Shown here in pieces: positions 7,207 to 16,749 of a stretch of DNA of 29,461 nucleotides. Below the pieces are notes generated by a model. It was not told where the DNA came from. It did no database searches and saw nothing but the letters and a program-made list of their open reading frames with translations. How positions within the stretch are numbered: position 1 is the first letter of the stretch; the number at the start of each line of letters is the position of its first letter. The translations under genes and the position numbers were made by a program. The stretch is from a bacterium (GTDB lineage: Bacteria; Cyanobacteriota; Vampirovibrionia; Gastranaerophilales; JBAXKC01): positions 1 to 29,461 of the forward strand of contig JBAXKC010000030.1 in NCBI GenBank assembly GCA_037137535.1, written 5' to 3'.

Positions 7207-8865
7207 ATGAAAATAGCTTTAGCTCAAATAAATAATAAAATTGGTGATCTTGAAGGTAATTTTGAAAGAATAGTTTCTTTTATTGAAAAGGCAAAAGTTT
7301 TAGGCGCTGATTTAGTAATTTTCCCGGAATTATCCGTAACAGGTTATCCTCCAAGAGATTTACTGGATTTTGATTATTTCGTTGAGGATAATCTTAAAGT
7401 TATTGAAAAATTAAAAGCTCATACTGACTCTATAGGTGTTGCTATTGGTTATATTGATAAAAGCGAAAAACAATTTGGTAAAAAATATTACAATACAGCT
7501 GCATTTATTTACAGAGGCGAAATAGTCCATAAACATTATAAATGTTTACTACCTTTTTATGATGTATTTGATGAAACAAGATATTTTGAACCTGGGAAAG
7601 AAGTCTCTACCTTTGAATTTAAAGGCAAAAAACTTGCTTTAACTATATGCGAAGATATTTGGAATGATAAAAGCTATTGGGACAGACCTTTATACGAATT
7701 TAACCCTATTGAGGAACTACAAAAAAAAGAATTAGACATTTTATTAAACCTTTCTGCATCTCCATATTGGGTAGGCAAAGAAAAAGACAGAAAGCTCATA
7801 ATTTCAAATATTGCAAGTTTATTGAAAGTACCGGTTATTTATGTTAATCAAACAGGCGGAAATGATGATCTTCTTTTCGATGGACTTAGCTTTGCAATGG
7901 ATGCTAACAGCAAAATACAGGCATTATGCAACGACTTTAACGAAGATTTATTAATTTACGATAGTGAAAAAAATAGCGGAATTGTTAAAAAGGTTTCTGA
8001 TTCTGAAGAGAAAAGCCTTTTTAAAGCTCTAAGAACAGGTCTTAAAGATTATTGCCATAAGCTAGGCTTTAATAAAGTTGTATTAGGCTTATCGGGTGGA
8101 ATAGATTCAGCAGTAACAGCCGTTATCGCTTGCTATGCTCTTGGAAATGATAATGTACTCGGTATTACAATGCCAAGTATGTACTCCAGCGAAGGAAGCG
8201 TAACTGATTCTGAGAAAATAGCCAAAAACCTCAAAATGAAATGTAAAACTATTCCTATAAAAGATATGTTTGATTCTTATATTAAAGGCGTTCAAGGCGA
8301 TGAACCTTTAAAAATGGATGTTGCGGAAGAGAATTTACAGGCAAGAGTTAGAGGGAATATATTAATGATGCACTCTAACAGATATGGGTATTTATTATTA
8401 AGTACAGGAAATAAATCTGAAATGGCTATGGGATATTGTACCTTATATGGCGATATGTCAGGCGGGCTTTCAATATTATCCGATGTTCCTAAAACAATGG
8501 TTTATAAACTTGCAGAATTCATAAATGCTTATGGAGAAATAATTCCGTATGACATTATCGAGAAACCCCCTTCAGCAGAATTACGTCCTGACCAGAAAGA
8601 TCAAGACAGTTTACCTCCTTATGAAGTCCTTGATGATATCTTAAAAGACTATTTAGAAGAACATAAGCCGGTTTGTGAAATAACAAAAAAATACCCGTCT
8701 GAAATTGTCGAAATGGTTGTAAAAAAAGTAAACATGAATGAATACAAAAGACGACAGGCATCAATAGGCTTAAAAGTAACAACAAAAGCATTTGGTAGTG
8801 GTCGACGTATGCCTATAGTTCATGGTTATGACTTTGGTATAAGATGTAAAAAAGATGGAAAATAA
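7207..8865 (+). CDS. nadE: Glutamine-dependent NAD+ synthetase
   Basis: N-terminal nitrilase-type glutaminase domain (FPEL, YK, ICEDIW) fused to synthetase domain (GLSGGIDSA, ENLQAR, GNKSE, PSAEL, YKRRQ). Confidence 0.97.
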   Translation: MKIALAQINNKIGDLEGNFERIVSFIEKAKVLGADLVIFPELSVTGYPPRDLLDFDYFVEDNLKVIEKLKAHTDSIGVAIGYIDKSEKQFGKKYYNTAAFIYRGEIVHKHYKCLLPFYDVFDETRYFEPGKEVSTFEFKGKKLALTICEDIWNDKSYWDRPLYEFNPIEELQKKELDILLNLSASPYWVGKEKDRKLIISNIASLLKVPVIYVNQTGGNDDLLFDGLSFAMDANSKIQALCNDFNEDLLIYDSEKNSGIVKKVSDSEEKSLFKALRTGLKDYCHKLGFNKVVLGLSGGIDSAVTAVIACYALGNDNVLGITMPSMYSSEGSVTDSEKIAKNLKMKCKTIPIKDMFDSYIKGVQGDEPLKMDVAEENLQARVRGNILMMHSNRYGYLLLSTGNKSEMAMGYCTLYGDMSGGLSILSDVPKTMVYKLAEFINAYGEIIPYDIIEKPPSAELRPDQKDQDSLPPYEVLDDILKDYLEEHKPVCEITKKYPSEIVEMVVKKVNMNEYKRRQASIGLKVTTKAFGSGRRMPIVHGYDFGIRCKKDGK

Positions 8866-9379
8866 ATATAAAAACCCTTCTTTGACTGCGGATGCTGTTG
8901 TTTTAGGATTTTTTGAAAAACAACTTAAAGTTCTTCTTATTGAGCGAGGAAATCCCCCATTTAAAAACAACTGGGCAATGCCGGGCGGTTTCGTCGATTA
9001 TGATGAAGAAATTGATATCGCTGCAAATCGTGAGCTTGAAGAAGAAACGGGATTAAAAAATCTTAATTTAATAGAGTTTAAAACCTATGGAACTATTGGT
9101 CGTGATCCTAGGGGAAGAACAGTAAGCGTTGTATATTATTCAATATGTGACGGCAGCATATTAAACCCAATAGCCTCTGATGATGCAAAAAATCTCGACT
9201 GGTATAATTTATCTGACCTTCCTGATCTTGCATTTGATCATGACATGATTTTAAATGAATTAATTGAATATCTCAAATTTATATCGGTAAAATTAACTGT
9301 TGATGATTTTTCACAGTTTACAAGAACAGAAAAAGCCTTAGCTGAAAAGATTAAAGAGTATTTTCAAGAATTAATCTGA
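8855..9379 (+). CDS. NUDIX hydrolase, ADP-ribose pyrophosphatase / NrtR-N-terminal-like
   Basis: Nudix box GGFVDYDEEIDIAANRELEEETGL, RDPRGR, LAFDH; overlaps nadE by 11 nt. Confidence 0.92.
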   Translation: MENKYKNPSLTADAVVLGFFEKQLKVLLIERGNPPFKNNWAMPGGFVDYDEEIDIAANRELEEETGLKNLNLIEFKTYGTIGRDPRGRTVSVVYYSICDGSILNPIASDDAKNLDWYNLSDLPDLAFDHDMILNELIEYLKFISVKLTVDDFSQFTRTEKALAEKIKEYFQELI

Positions 9380-9649
9380 TTATTTCTTGATTTCTATTCC
9401 AAAAAGTTTTGCTAATTCAGAAAAAAGATACAAAATAAATTCATATAAAATAATTAAAAGGCTTTTATTTTTAATATTTAATTCTTCTTCTGGCTTTATC
9501 TCTTGAATGTGGAAAAACTCATCTGTTTTTTGTTCTTGAAAAACTTTGTTATTGTTGCAAAAAGAATTGTTTTTAGAATGAGGCTGTCCCCAATACACGT
9601 TATGTATTTTCAAATCTGGTTGTATTGGCTGATTTGGAATGTAATTCAT
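9380..9649 (-). CDS. Hypothetical protein with C-terminal hydrophobic helix
   Basis: 89-aa ORF with GGGGTGA SD; its stop directly abuts the NUDIX stop. Confidence 0.55.
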   Translation of the reverse strand: MNYIPNQPIQPDLKIHNVYWGQPHSKNNSFCNNNKVFQEQKTDEFFHIQEIKPEEELNIKNKSLLIILYEFILYLFSELAKLFGIEIKK

Positions 9650-9879
9650 ATCAAATCACCCCGCTAAAAATAGGCTTCCTATAATCTACTACATTGTTAG
9701 TATATCATTGTTTTTTTAAAAAAGTAATATACAATTACATATACTACAAACAAAAAACACTATATGTATAAATTCAAATTAAATATATTCCGCAATAATA
9801 ATTCAAGACATTATGTTATAAACTTATATGTACTTGCCAAAAGCAGCTTCATAATTTAAACTTAATTGGTGAATTATAG

Positions 9880-10254
9880 TTGATAGGGTTTAGAATAGTG
9901 GAAAAAGTTATTGATTGTCTTACAGTAAATTATGCTAATTTTTCGGGACGTGCAAGTAGATCTGAATACTGGTATTTTGTTCTATTTACTGTTGTTGTTT
10001 CAATTATCCTAAAAGTTCTAGGGGCTGTTTCAAGTTTAAAAACAGCAGCTAGTACACTTTACATTATTTTTCAATTAGGAATATTTATTCCAAGTTTAGC
10101 TGTGCTTGCAAGAAGATTACATGATAAAAACAAATCAGGCTGGTTGCAACTTATAGCAATTATACCATTTGCAGGTTTATACATACTTTATTTATGCTGT
10201 ACACGGGGAACAATCGGTGTAAATGATTTCGGAGTTGACCCTATAGAGGGATAA
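9880..10254 (+). CDS. DUF805 (YhaH-like) membrane protein
   Basis: YANFSGRASRSEYWYF, RRLHD.NKSGW and N.FG.DP motifs. Start may be GTG 9898. Confidence 0.93.
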   Translation: MIGFRIVEKVIDCLTVNYANFSGRASRSEYWYFVLFTVVVSIILKVLGAVSSLKTAASTLYIIFQLGIFIPSLAVLARRLHDKNKSGWLQLIAIIPFAGLYILYLCCTRGTIGVNDFGVDPIEG

Positions 10255-10284
10255 TAGAATTTATTTTAATCAATATACCAAATA

Positions 10285-10323
10285 AAAAAGATGATCTCTA
10301 TTTAACACAGAGATCATCTTTTT
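10285..10323. terminator. Bidirectional terminator between convergent genes
   Basis: AAAAAGATGATCTCT-9 nt-AGAGATCATCTTTTT. Confidence 0.85.
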
Positions 10324-10338
10324 CTATTTTACATTTTC

Positions 10339-11412
10339 TTAATCGGTAGGAATTAAAACCTTTTGCATATAAGGATCATTTTCTATAAACTTTACAGCTC
10401 TCTCATAACTGTCAGGCTCTGATAATATTGTATAAAAATCTTCTTTCACACTTGGAGCAATTTTTATTGCTTCTATTAATTCAGTTTTATTTAAAGGGTG
10501 AAGTTTTAAATAATTAAAGAACCCTGTATTCTCAAGAAAATTTTTGACAAGTTCAAACTGATTATTCTGAAGATAACTGCAAATATAAGTAGCAATACCA
10601 ACTTGAATACCATGCATATTAGGTTTTATTGTTATGCTGTCAAGCGCATGGGAAATAAGATGCTCGCTTCCGCTTGCAGGTCTACTTGAGCCTGCTATTT
10701 CCATTGAAATACCATTCATTAGAAGAGAAGTAACAAGATGATTAGTAAAAATTGCACTTCTTATACTGTAATTTTGATAATTTAAGAATTCTGTTACAGT
10801 ATTTTGAGAAATTAAGTATGCAAAATCGTTAAATTTCTCACCATTTTGTAAACAAGACTTTTTCCAGTCCCAACCTGCTGTTATTTTAGAGATTAAATCT
10901 CCTATTCCAGAAAAAATACAAGATTCGGGAGAGGTTGCAACCGAGTTAATATCTACAATTATTCCGTAAGGAATAGTTGAATTTACGCTCTTTCTTTTGC
11001 CTCCGACTAATAATGAAGAAGTCGGACTACAAAAACCATCATTTGAAGTGGAAGTAGGTATACTTACAAAGGGCAAAGCCAATACATGAGCAGTGTATTT
11101 ACAATAATCAAGAGCTTTTCCACCACCTATACCGATTAATACCTTTACTCTTTTAGGAATACTAAACGCAGTAGTAACAATAGTTTCTATGTCAATTTCT
11201 TCAATAAACATTTCTTTTACAATATTTATATTGGCATCTTTTAGACTTTTATAAATATCGGGCCCAAATATTTTGTCTATTTCTGGACTCCAAAATATTG
11301 CTATATCTGAAAATTTACTTTCTAAAAGATATTTACCAATATTCTTAAATTCATTTTCTCCAATTTTAAGAAGATTAGGAATAGAAATCTGAAGGTTATT
11401 AGGCTTTATCAT
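10339..11412 (-). CDS. Glycerol-1-phosphate dehydrogenase-like protein (EgsA/AraM branch, Fe-ADH/DHQS superfamily)
   Basis: GIGGGKALD, PTSTSNDG, GIGDLISK, SSRPASGSEHLISHALD, HGIQVG motifs. Confidence 0.85.
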   Translation of the reverse strand: MIKPNNLQISIPNLLKIGENEFKNIGKYLLESKFSDIAIFWSPEIDKIFGPDIYKSLKDANINIVKEMFIEEIDIETIVTTAFSIPKRVKVLIGIGGGKALDYCKYTAHVLALPFVSIPTSTSNDGFCSPTSSLLVGGKRKSVNSTIPYGIIVDINSVATSPESCIFSGIGDLISKITAGWDWKKSCLQNGEKFNDFAYLISQNTVTEFLNYQNYSIRSAIFTNHLVTSLLMNGISMEIAGSSRPASGSEHLISHALDSITIKPNMHGIQVGIATYICSYLQNNQFELVKNFLENTGFFNYLKLHPLNKTELIEAIKIAPSVKEDFYTILSEPDSYERAVKFIENDPYMQKVLIPTD

Positions 11413-12055
11413 TTTTCAAAAACTCCAAAATATCACCATACGTATTGAAAGTTTGGCTTTTAACATTGTTACTGTTACATAATTGCAATAAAGCCCCTCT
11501 TGCAAAAACTACATCTGCTAATTTTGATGCTTCAAAATCGGGAATTCCGTCGCCTGCAAAGATAATTTTGTCATATTTTTGTTTTATATCTTCAACAGCA
11601 AGTTTTTTGCTTACTCCATAATCATGAGAATAATAAATATTATCAGTATCACTCGGTAATATTGATATTCCGCCTTTTTTAGCATAAATACTTGGATTTG
11701 AAATGAGAGTTAAATTGTTACTGACCTTTAATTCATTAAAAATAATTTTTATATAATAATCCGCACCTGCACTTAATACATAAAAATCTATATTATTATC
11801 ATTACAAAATTTTAAAGTTTCTAAAAAATTTTCTTCTATTGGTAATTTCAAAATAAAATCTTTTAAATCTTTTTCTGACATAGAGATTTTAGAGAAAATT
11901 CTTCTTAATCCTTCTACATGATTTATTTTACCGGCTTTATAATCGTTCCAAGGCTCAATATCTTCAGGAGAAAGGTGATTATCAATTACATAATAAAAAA
12001 AATCTTCTTTGCTGATTGTTCCGTCAAAATCTGAAATAACTGCCACCTTGACCAT
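11399..12055 (-). CDS. HAD-IB phosphatase, MtnX-like
   Basis: DFDGTIS, LSAG, K, GDGIPD, VFARG motifs; SD CAGGAG; overlaps the downstream gene by 14 nt. Confidence 0.9.
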   Translation of the reverse strand: MVKVAVISDFDGTISKEDFFYYVIDNHLSPEDIEPWNDYKAGKINHVEGLRRIFSKISMSEKDLKDFILKLPIEENFLETLKFCNDNNIDFYVLSAGADYYIKIIFNELKVSNNLTLISNPSIYAKKGGISILPSDTDNIYYSHDYGVSKKLAVEDIKQKYDKIIFAGDGIPDFEASKLADVVFARGALLQLCNSNNVKSQTFNTYGDILEFLKNDKA

Positions 12056-12180
12056 TAAATTTATCTCCTGTAAAAAACTAAAAACTTTACTGTAACTGTT
12101 CTGTGGATATTAATCATATCACTTTAGTTAAGTCATTCTATATGTTTAATAAATAAATGTAACATTTAAGTCAAAAAACC

Positions 12181-12208
12181 TAAAGAAAAACTACAAATAA
12201 TACGATAA
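12181..12208 (+). promoter_or_regulatory. Possible sigma28 (FliA-type) promoter
   Basis: TAAAG...TACGATAA (TAAA-N16-TACGATAA versus consensus TAAA-N15-GCCGATAA). Confidence 0.4.
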
Positions 12209-12234
12209 ATACAATATAAGTTTTAAACAGGGGA

Positions 12235-12951
12235 ATGGGCATGTCTGAGATTACAGCTTTTAACTTATATTACAGTAATTACTTCACTAGATCGGTTTTA
12301 GAAACCACTAGTGAAGTCAGCAAAGTGTCTAAAGAAATATTATCCATTGCTCCTTCTGTTGATACAACTGATACAGCTCTTTCAACTAATACAGATTCAA
12401 TCTTTACAACTTTAACCCAAAATCCTGTTGCACCAAGCGTTGAAAAAAATCCTGTAATTTCTAATATTGTACCCACCGCTGTTAAACCTTTAGAAACAGA
12501 ATCTTCAATAAATCTTGAACCTGCTGTAATACCTGCACAAAGTCAACCTATAAATAATAATATTCCTCTAATCAATGATACAACAGCTCAAACAGTTATA
12601 ACTCCTGAAATAAGCAGACAAATCGCAACTAATCAGGCAGGTTTCGGGGTAAATCTTTCTGAGCAGACTCAAAAAGATATTAATTCACTTAATGTAAAAG
12701 CTAATACATATACCCCTCCTGCGAAAACAGAAGATTTAATGAATGGAAGAATGATTTTACCTGAGATGAAAACACAGGAAGAATTAAAAAATATTTTTAT
12801 TGTTCCAAATATAATCAGAACCTTTGAAACTTTGATACCTACAAATGTCGACCCAAAAAGAGAATCGGCAAGTAGTGGCTTTTCATTTACCAGAAATAAT
12901 AATCAGGGTAAACAGCAAAAGCGCAAGAATTCTTTAGATGTTCCTGCTTAA
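12235..12951 (+). CDS. Hypothetical low-complexity S/T/P/N-rich protein ending in LDVPA
   Basis: 238-aa ORF, SD CAGGGG (ATG 12241 also possible); no recognisable globular domain. Confidence 0.75.
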   Translation: MGMSEITAFNLYYSNYFTRSVLETTSEVSKVSKEILSIAPSVDTTDTALSTNTDSIFTTLTQNPVAPSVEKNPVISNIVPTAVKPLETESSINLEPAVIPAQSQPINNNIPLINDTTAQTVITPEISRQIATNQAGFGVNLSEQTQKDINSLNVKANTYTPPAKTEDLMNGRMILPEMKTQEELKNIFIVPNIIRTFETLIPTNVDPKRESASSGFSFTRNNNQGKQQKRKNSLDVPA

Positions 12952-12971
12952 TAATAACGTACAAAAAAATA

Positions 12972-13019
12972 ATAGCTAAAACATCATGCAGAATTAGTGT
13001 CGCATGATGTTTTAGCTAT
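12972..13019. terminator. 18-bp inverted repeat, probable terminator
   Basis: ATAGCTAAAACATCATGC-12 nt-GCATGATGTTTTAGCTAT, 20 nt after the stop of the upstream gene. Confidence 0.7.
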
Positions 13020-13144
13020 CATTGACAAATGCAATTATCAATGCTGATTTGCTGGACGAATATATAACTTTTTTGCTAAATTAATAATAAGCTATATTTA
13101 TATTATTAAAAATTATAGACTTATTTTAAACAGGAGATGGTTAT

Positions 13145-14296
13145 ATGCTCTATAGAGAACTCGGTAAGACTAAAGAAAAAATATCTATATTAGGCTTTGG
13201 ATGTATGAGACTTCCTATTCTTGACGGTAATGCAGAACAAATTAACGAAAATAAAGCTTCTGAAATGATTAAATATGCTTTGTCAAAAGGAGTAAATTAT
13301 TTTGACACAGCTTTTCCCTATCACTCAAATAGCAGGGGTAAAGGTGGAGCGAGTGAAGTATTTCTTGGTAATGCTATTAAGCAATACCGAAATAAAGTTT
13401 ATTTAGCAACAAAACTACCAAGCTGGCTTATTAAAACGAGAAGTGATATGGATCGTTATTTGGACTTGCAACTTGAAAGACTGCAAACTGATTATATAGA
13501 TTTTTATTTATTACATTGCTTAAATATTGAAAATTGGAATATTTTAAGCAATTCAGATGTATTTAATTTTTTAGAGTCAGCAAAGCAAGATGGCAGAATA
13601 AAATATGCAGGATTTTCTTTTCACGATGAATTTCCGTTATTTAAAAATATAGTTGATTCTTATGACTGGTCGTTCTGTCAGATACAATATAATTATATGG
13701 ATGAAAATTATCAGGCTGGAACTCAAGGGCTTAATTATGCTAAAGAAAAAGGTCTTGGAACTATAATAATGGAGCCGCTTCGTGGAGGAGGCCTTGCTAA
13801 TGTTGTGCCATCTGATATTCAAGAAAATTTTGATAAAGCAGAAATAAAAAAGAGTCCTGTTGAGTGGGCATTGCGTTTTCTGTGGAATAAACCCGAAGTA
13901 GACCTTGTTTTAAGTGGAATGTCGGAATTAAATCATGTTATTGAAAATATTGATATTGCTAAAAGAGGCTGTCAAAACTCTTTAACAGGCAGCGATTTAG
14001 CTATTCTTGATGAAGTTAAGTCAATTTATGCTTCAAGATCAAAAGTAAATTGTACCGGCTGTAATTATTGTATGCCATGCCCTGTCGGAGTAAACATACC
14101 CGCTAATTTTGCACATTTTAATAACTTTTATATCTATAAATATGGTGCTTACGCCAAAATGCAATATGCAAATTTCATAGGGGACATGCAAAAAGCAAAA
14201 CAATGTGTTCAATGTGGTAAATGTGAAAATGAATGTCCACAAAATATTCCAATAATAGAAATGCTTAAAGAAGTTACAAAAACTTTTACAATTTAA
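13145..14296 (+). CDS. Aldo/keto reductase with C-terminal Fe-S (ferredoxin-like) domain
   Basis: LGFGCMRLP, NYFDTAFPY, LATKLP, IMEPLRGG; CTGCNYCMPCP and CVQCGKCENECP. Confidence 0.95.
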   Translation: MLYRELGKTKEKISILGFGCMRLPILDGNAEQINENKASEMIKYALSKGVNYFDTAFPYHSNSRGKGGASEVFLGNAIKQYRNKVYLATKLPSWLIKTRSDMDRYLDLQLERLQTDYIDFYLLHCLNIENWNILSNSDVFNFLESAKQDGRIKYAGFSFHDEFPLFKNIVDSYDWSFCQIQYNYMDENYQAGTQGLNYAKEKGLGTIIMEPLRGGGLANVVPSDIQENFDKAEIKKSPVEWALRFLWNKPEVDLVLSGMSELNHVIENIDIAKRGCQNSLTGSDLAILDEVKSIYASRSKVNCTGCNYCMPCPVGVNIPANFAHFNNFYIYKYGAYAKMQYANFIGDMQKAKQCVQCGKCENECPQNIPIIEMLKEVTKTFTI

Positions 14297-14306
14297 TTTC
14301 TAATAA

Positions 14307-14334
14307 ATGCCCTCTGTTAAAAGACAGAGGGCAT
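14307..14334. terminator. Hairpin between convergent genes
   Basis: ATGCCCTCTGT-TAAAAG-ACAGAGGGCAT. Confidence 0.8.
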
Positions 14335-14344
14335 ATTAAAAAGT

Positions 14345-15766
14345 TTATTTTTTTTGGACTGCTGGAATAGGATTTTCAGCATTTTTCTTGATTCTTAAAA
14401 TTGCAACTGCTGCTTCTGCTTTTACTTCATATGCTTCATCATTTAATAAAGGTTTAATTAACTCTATATGTTCAGGCTTGCCGATTTTACCTATGGCATC
14501 AACCGCATATTGCCTGACATTATCAGCTTTATCATTTAATAAAGGCTTAATTAATTCTATATGTTCCGGTTTACCAAACTCTTTAACTGCTCTTGCTATT
14601 GATAATCTACTCCAATCATCTTTTTCTTTTAATAATGGCTTTAATAAATAAAGATTTTCCGGTTTTTCAATATTTTCTATTGCATATACTATATTGCTTT
14701 TGACATTTTTATCTTCATCATTAATTAAAGGTTTGATTAATTCAATATATTCAGGTTTACCTGCTTTTGCCATTTTCCCTATTGCATTGACCGCAGAATA
14801 TCTTGTATCAGCATCTTCATCTTTTAAAGAGGGTTTAACAAGTTCTATAAGATTTGGATTTGCAATTTCTCCAATAGCGTCAATAGCTCTGTATTTTACA
14901 TATTTTTTTCTATCTGTGAGAAGAGGTTTAATAATATCTACATATTCTGTTTTTCCAACTTCTCCAATTATTTGTGTAGCATTAGATCTTTCAGTTTCAT
15001 CTTTACTTTTTGCCATTGTTTTTACTTCTTCAATATATTCAGTGTTACCCATTTTTATGAGTTCAACTAAAGCCTGAGTTTTAACCCAAATATCTTTATC
15101 CTTTATTAAAGGTTTAATTATTTCAGCAGTTTTAGCTCCACCCAATTTTGCAATTGATTTTATAGTTTCTCTTCTTGTCCATAAATCTTTATCATTAAGT
15201 CCGATTTTTAGAAATTCAACATCTTCCGGTTTCCCTATCACTCCAATAACACTTAATGAATGAAATCTGGTTTTTTCATCATTTATTGCTAATGACTTAA
15301 GCCTTTCCAGTTTATCAGTACGTTTTTCTTTCTCAACAATTGCCAATGCTCTATGTTTTACAATATCTGCTTTATCATTAAGCATTAAGTCTAATAAGCC
15401 TTCATCTTGAGGTTTTTTAGCATTACATACCATTTCTAATGCAGAAGCTCTGACATCATCATCTTTGTCCAATATAAAAGGCCTTACATTTTCTACCTGT
15501 TCAAAAGCATCTGCGTTGTTCATTATATCAATAGTTGCGCTTCTGACTTTTGGGCAATCATCTTTTAACAAAATATTTATTGTATTCTGCGCTAAAGCAA
15601 TTGTGTTATCTATATTAGGTAATATTCCTGCATGATACTGTGGTGGTGTGGTTTTTGTAATTGTAGCCGTCTGAGTTGGTGCTTGTTGTGCTGTTGTTAC
15701 AGTAGTTTTCACTTCAGGCTTTTTATTTGTCAGAATAAAATTACTAAACTGTTGATTAATCTGCAT
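14345..15766 (-). CDS. HEAT/PBS-lyase-like repeat protein with disordered N-terminus
   Basis: About a dozen ~31-aa repeats (L.PLL.D.D..VR..A..AIG.IG); start moved to ATG 15766 after SD AAGGAG. Confidence 0.9.
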   Translation of the reverse strand: MQINQQFSNFILTNKKPEVKTTVTTAQQAPTQTATITKTTPPQYHAGILPNIDNTIALAQNTINILLKDDCPKVRSATIDIMNNADAFEQVENVRPFILDKDDDVRASALEMVCNAKKPQDEGLLDLMLNDKADIVKHRALAIVEKEKRTDKLERLKSLAINDEKTRFHSLSVIGVIGKPEDVEFLKIGLNDKDLWTRRETIKSIAKLGGAKTAEIIKPLIKDKDIWVKTQALVELIKMGNTEYIEEVKTMAKSKDETERSNATQIIGEVGKTEYVDIIKPLLTDRKKYVKYRAIDAIGEIANPNLIELVKPSLKDEDADTRYSAVNAIGKMAKAGKPEYIELIKPLINDEDKNVKSNIVYAIENIEKPENLYLLKPLLKEKDDWSRLSIARAVKEFGKPEHIELIKPLLNDKADNVRQYAVDAIGKIGKPEHIELIKPLLNDEAYEVKAEAAVAILRIKKNAENPIPAVQKK

Positions 15767-15896
15767 TGAATTTCTCCTTGCCATCCACATTATCATTTAT
15801 ATTAACTTTACTGATTTTTTAATAAAAGTCATTCGCCCTATTTAGTAAAACATATGAATAAATATTATTGTTATTTCTGTATTAAATATTTACATA

Positions 15897-15930
15897 AAAA
15901 TAATCCCACCTATAAAGACGGGATTATTTT
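15897..15930 (-). terminator. Terminator after pyrF
   Basis: AAAATAATCCC-12 nt-GGGATTATTTT. Confidence 0.75.
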
Positions 15931-15942
15931 AAAAGCTGTTAT

Positions 15943-16710
15943 TTAATATTGTTCCTCGTCATCAGACGAATTCATTGCTTGTTCAATTTCATCAATTATG
16001 AGTTTAGCGGCTGTAACTCTGTCTTTTGCTTTTGTGATTGGTCGACCTATTACCATATAGTCAACCCCGAGTTTAACGGCATCAGCCGGAGTTACGACTC
16101 TTACCTGATCATTTACATAAGCCCATGTCGGACGTACGGCAGGGCAGGAAATAATAAAATCCTCTCCGCATTCCTGTCTGATTCTAGGAACATCAGTAGC
16201 ATTTGCAATTACACCGTTAAGTCCACATTCTTGAGCAAGTTTAGCCATTTTTGTAGCATAATCTTCAATATTATTTTTAACACCAAGCTCTTCTGTAAGT
16301 GTTCTTTGACCGAAGCTTGAAAGCAGGGTAACACCTAAAACAGTTAAATCGCCCATTCCATGTTCTTTTGCTGTTTGTCGGGCAAGGCTTAATGAAGATT
16401 CTATCATTTTAGAACCGCCTGAAATATGAATATCAAAGAAAGTAACTCCAAGTTTTACAAGATTTGCATTAGCTTTTGCTACGGTATTTGGAATGTCATG
16501 GAATTTACCGTCAAAGAAGATCTTACCGCCTTCGTCATGAATAAATTTTATTATTTCAGGTCCAACTCCTGTATATAATTGAAGCCCAACTTTAAAAATA
16601 CCCACATAATCTTTTAACTGACATACTAATTCTTTAGCTTCTTCCATTGTATCAACATCTAAAGCCAAAATTAATCTATCTTTTGCTGATTTTATATTAC
16701 TTTTTTTCAT
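15943..16710 (-). CDS. pyrF: Orotidine-5'-phosphate decarboxylase
   Basis: LILALD, FKVG, DGKFHDIPNT, VTLLSS, DQ.RV.TP, VIGRPIT. Confidence 0.96.
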   Translation of the reverse strand: MKKSNIKSAKDRLILALDVDTMEEAKELVCQLKDYVGIFKVGLQLYTGVGPEIIKFIHDEGGKIFFDGKFHDIPNTVAKANANLVKLGVTFFDIHISGGSKMIESSLSLARQTAKEHGMGDLTVLGVTLLSSFGQRTLTEELGVKNNIEDYATKMAKLAQECGLNGVIANATDVPRIRQECGEDFIISCPAVRPTWAYVNDQVRVVTPADAVKLGVDYMVIGRPITKAKDRVTAAKLIIDEIEQAMNSSDDEEQY

Positions 16711-16749
16711 TTATTTAATGCCTATTTGTTTAATTAATTTGTATAACAC

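Noticed and set aside
14388-15077. Repetitive plus-strand ORFs
   Set aside because: Antisense reflection of the HEAT repeats.
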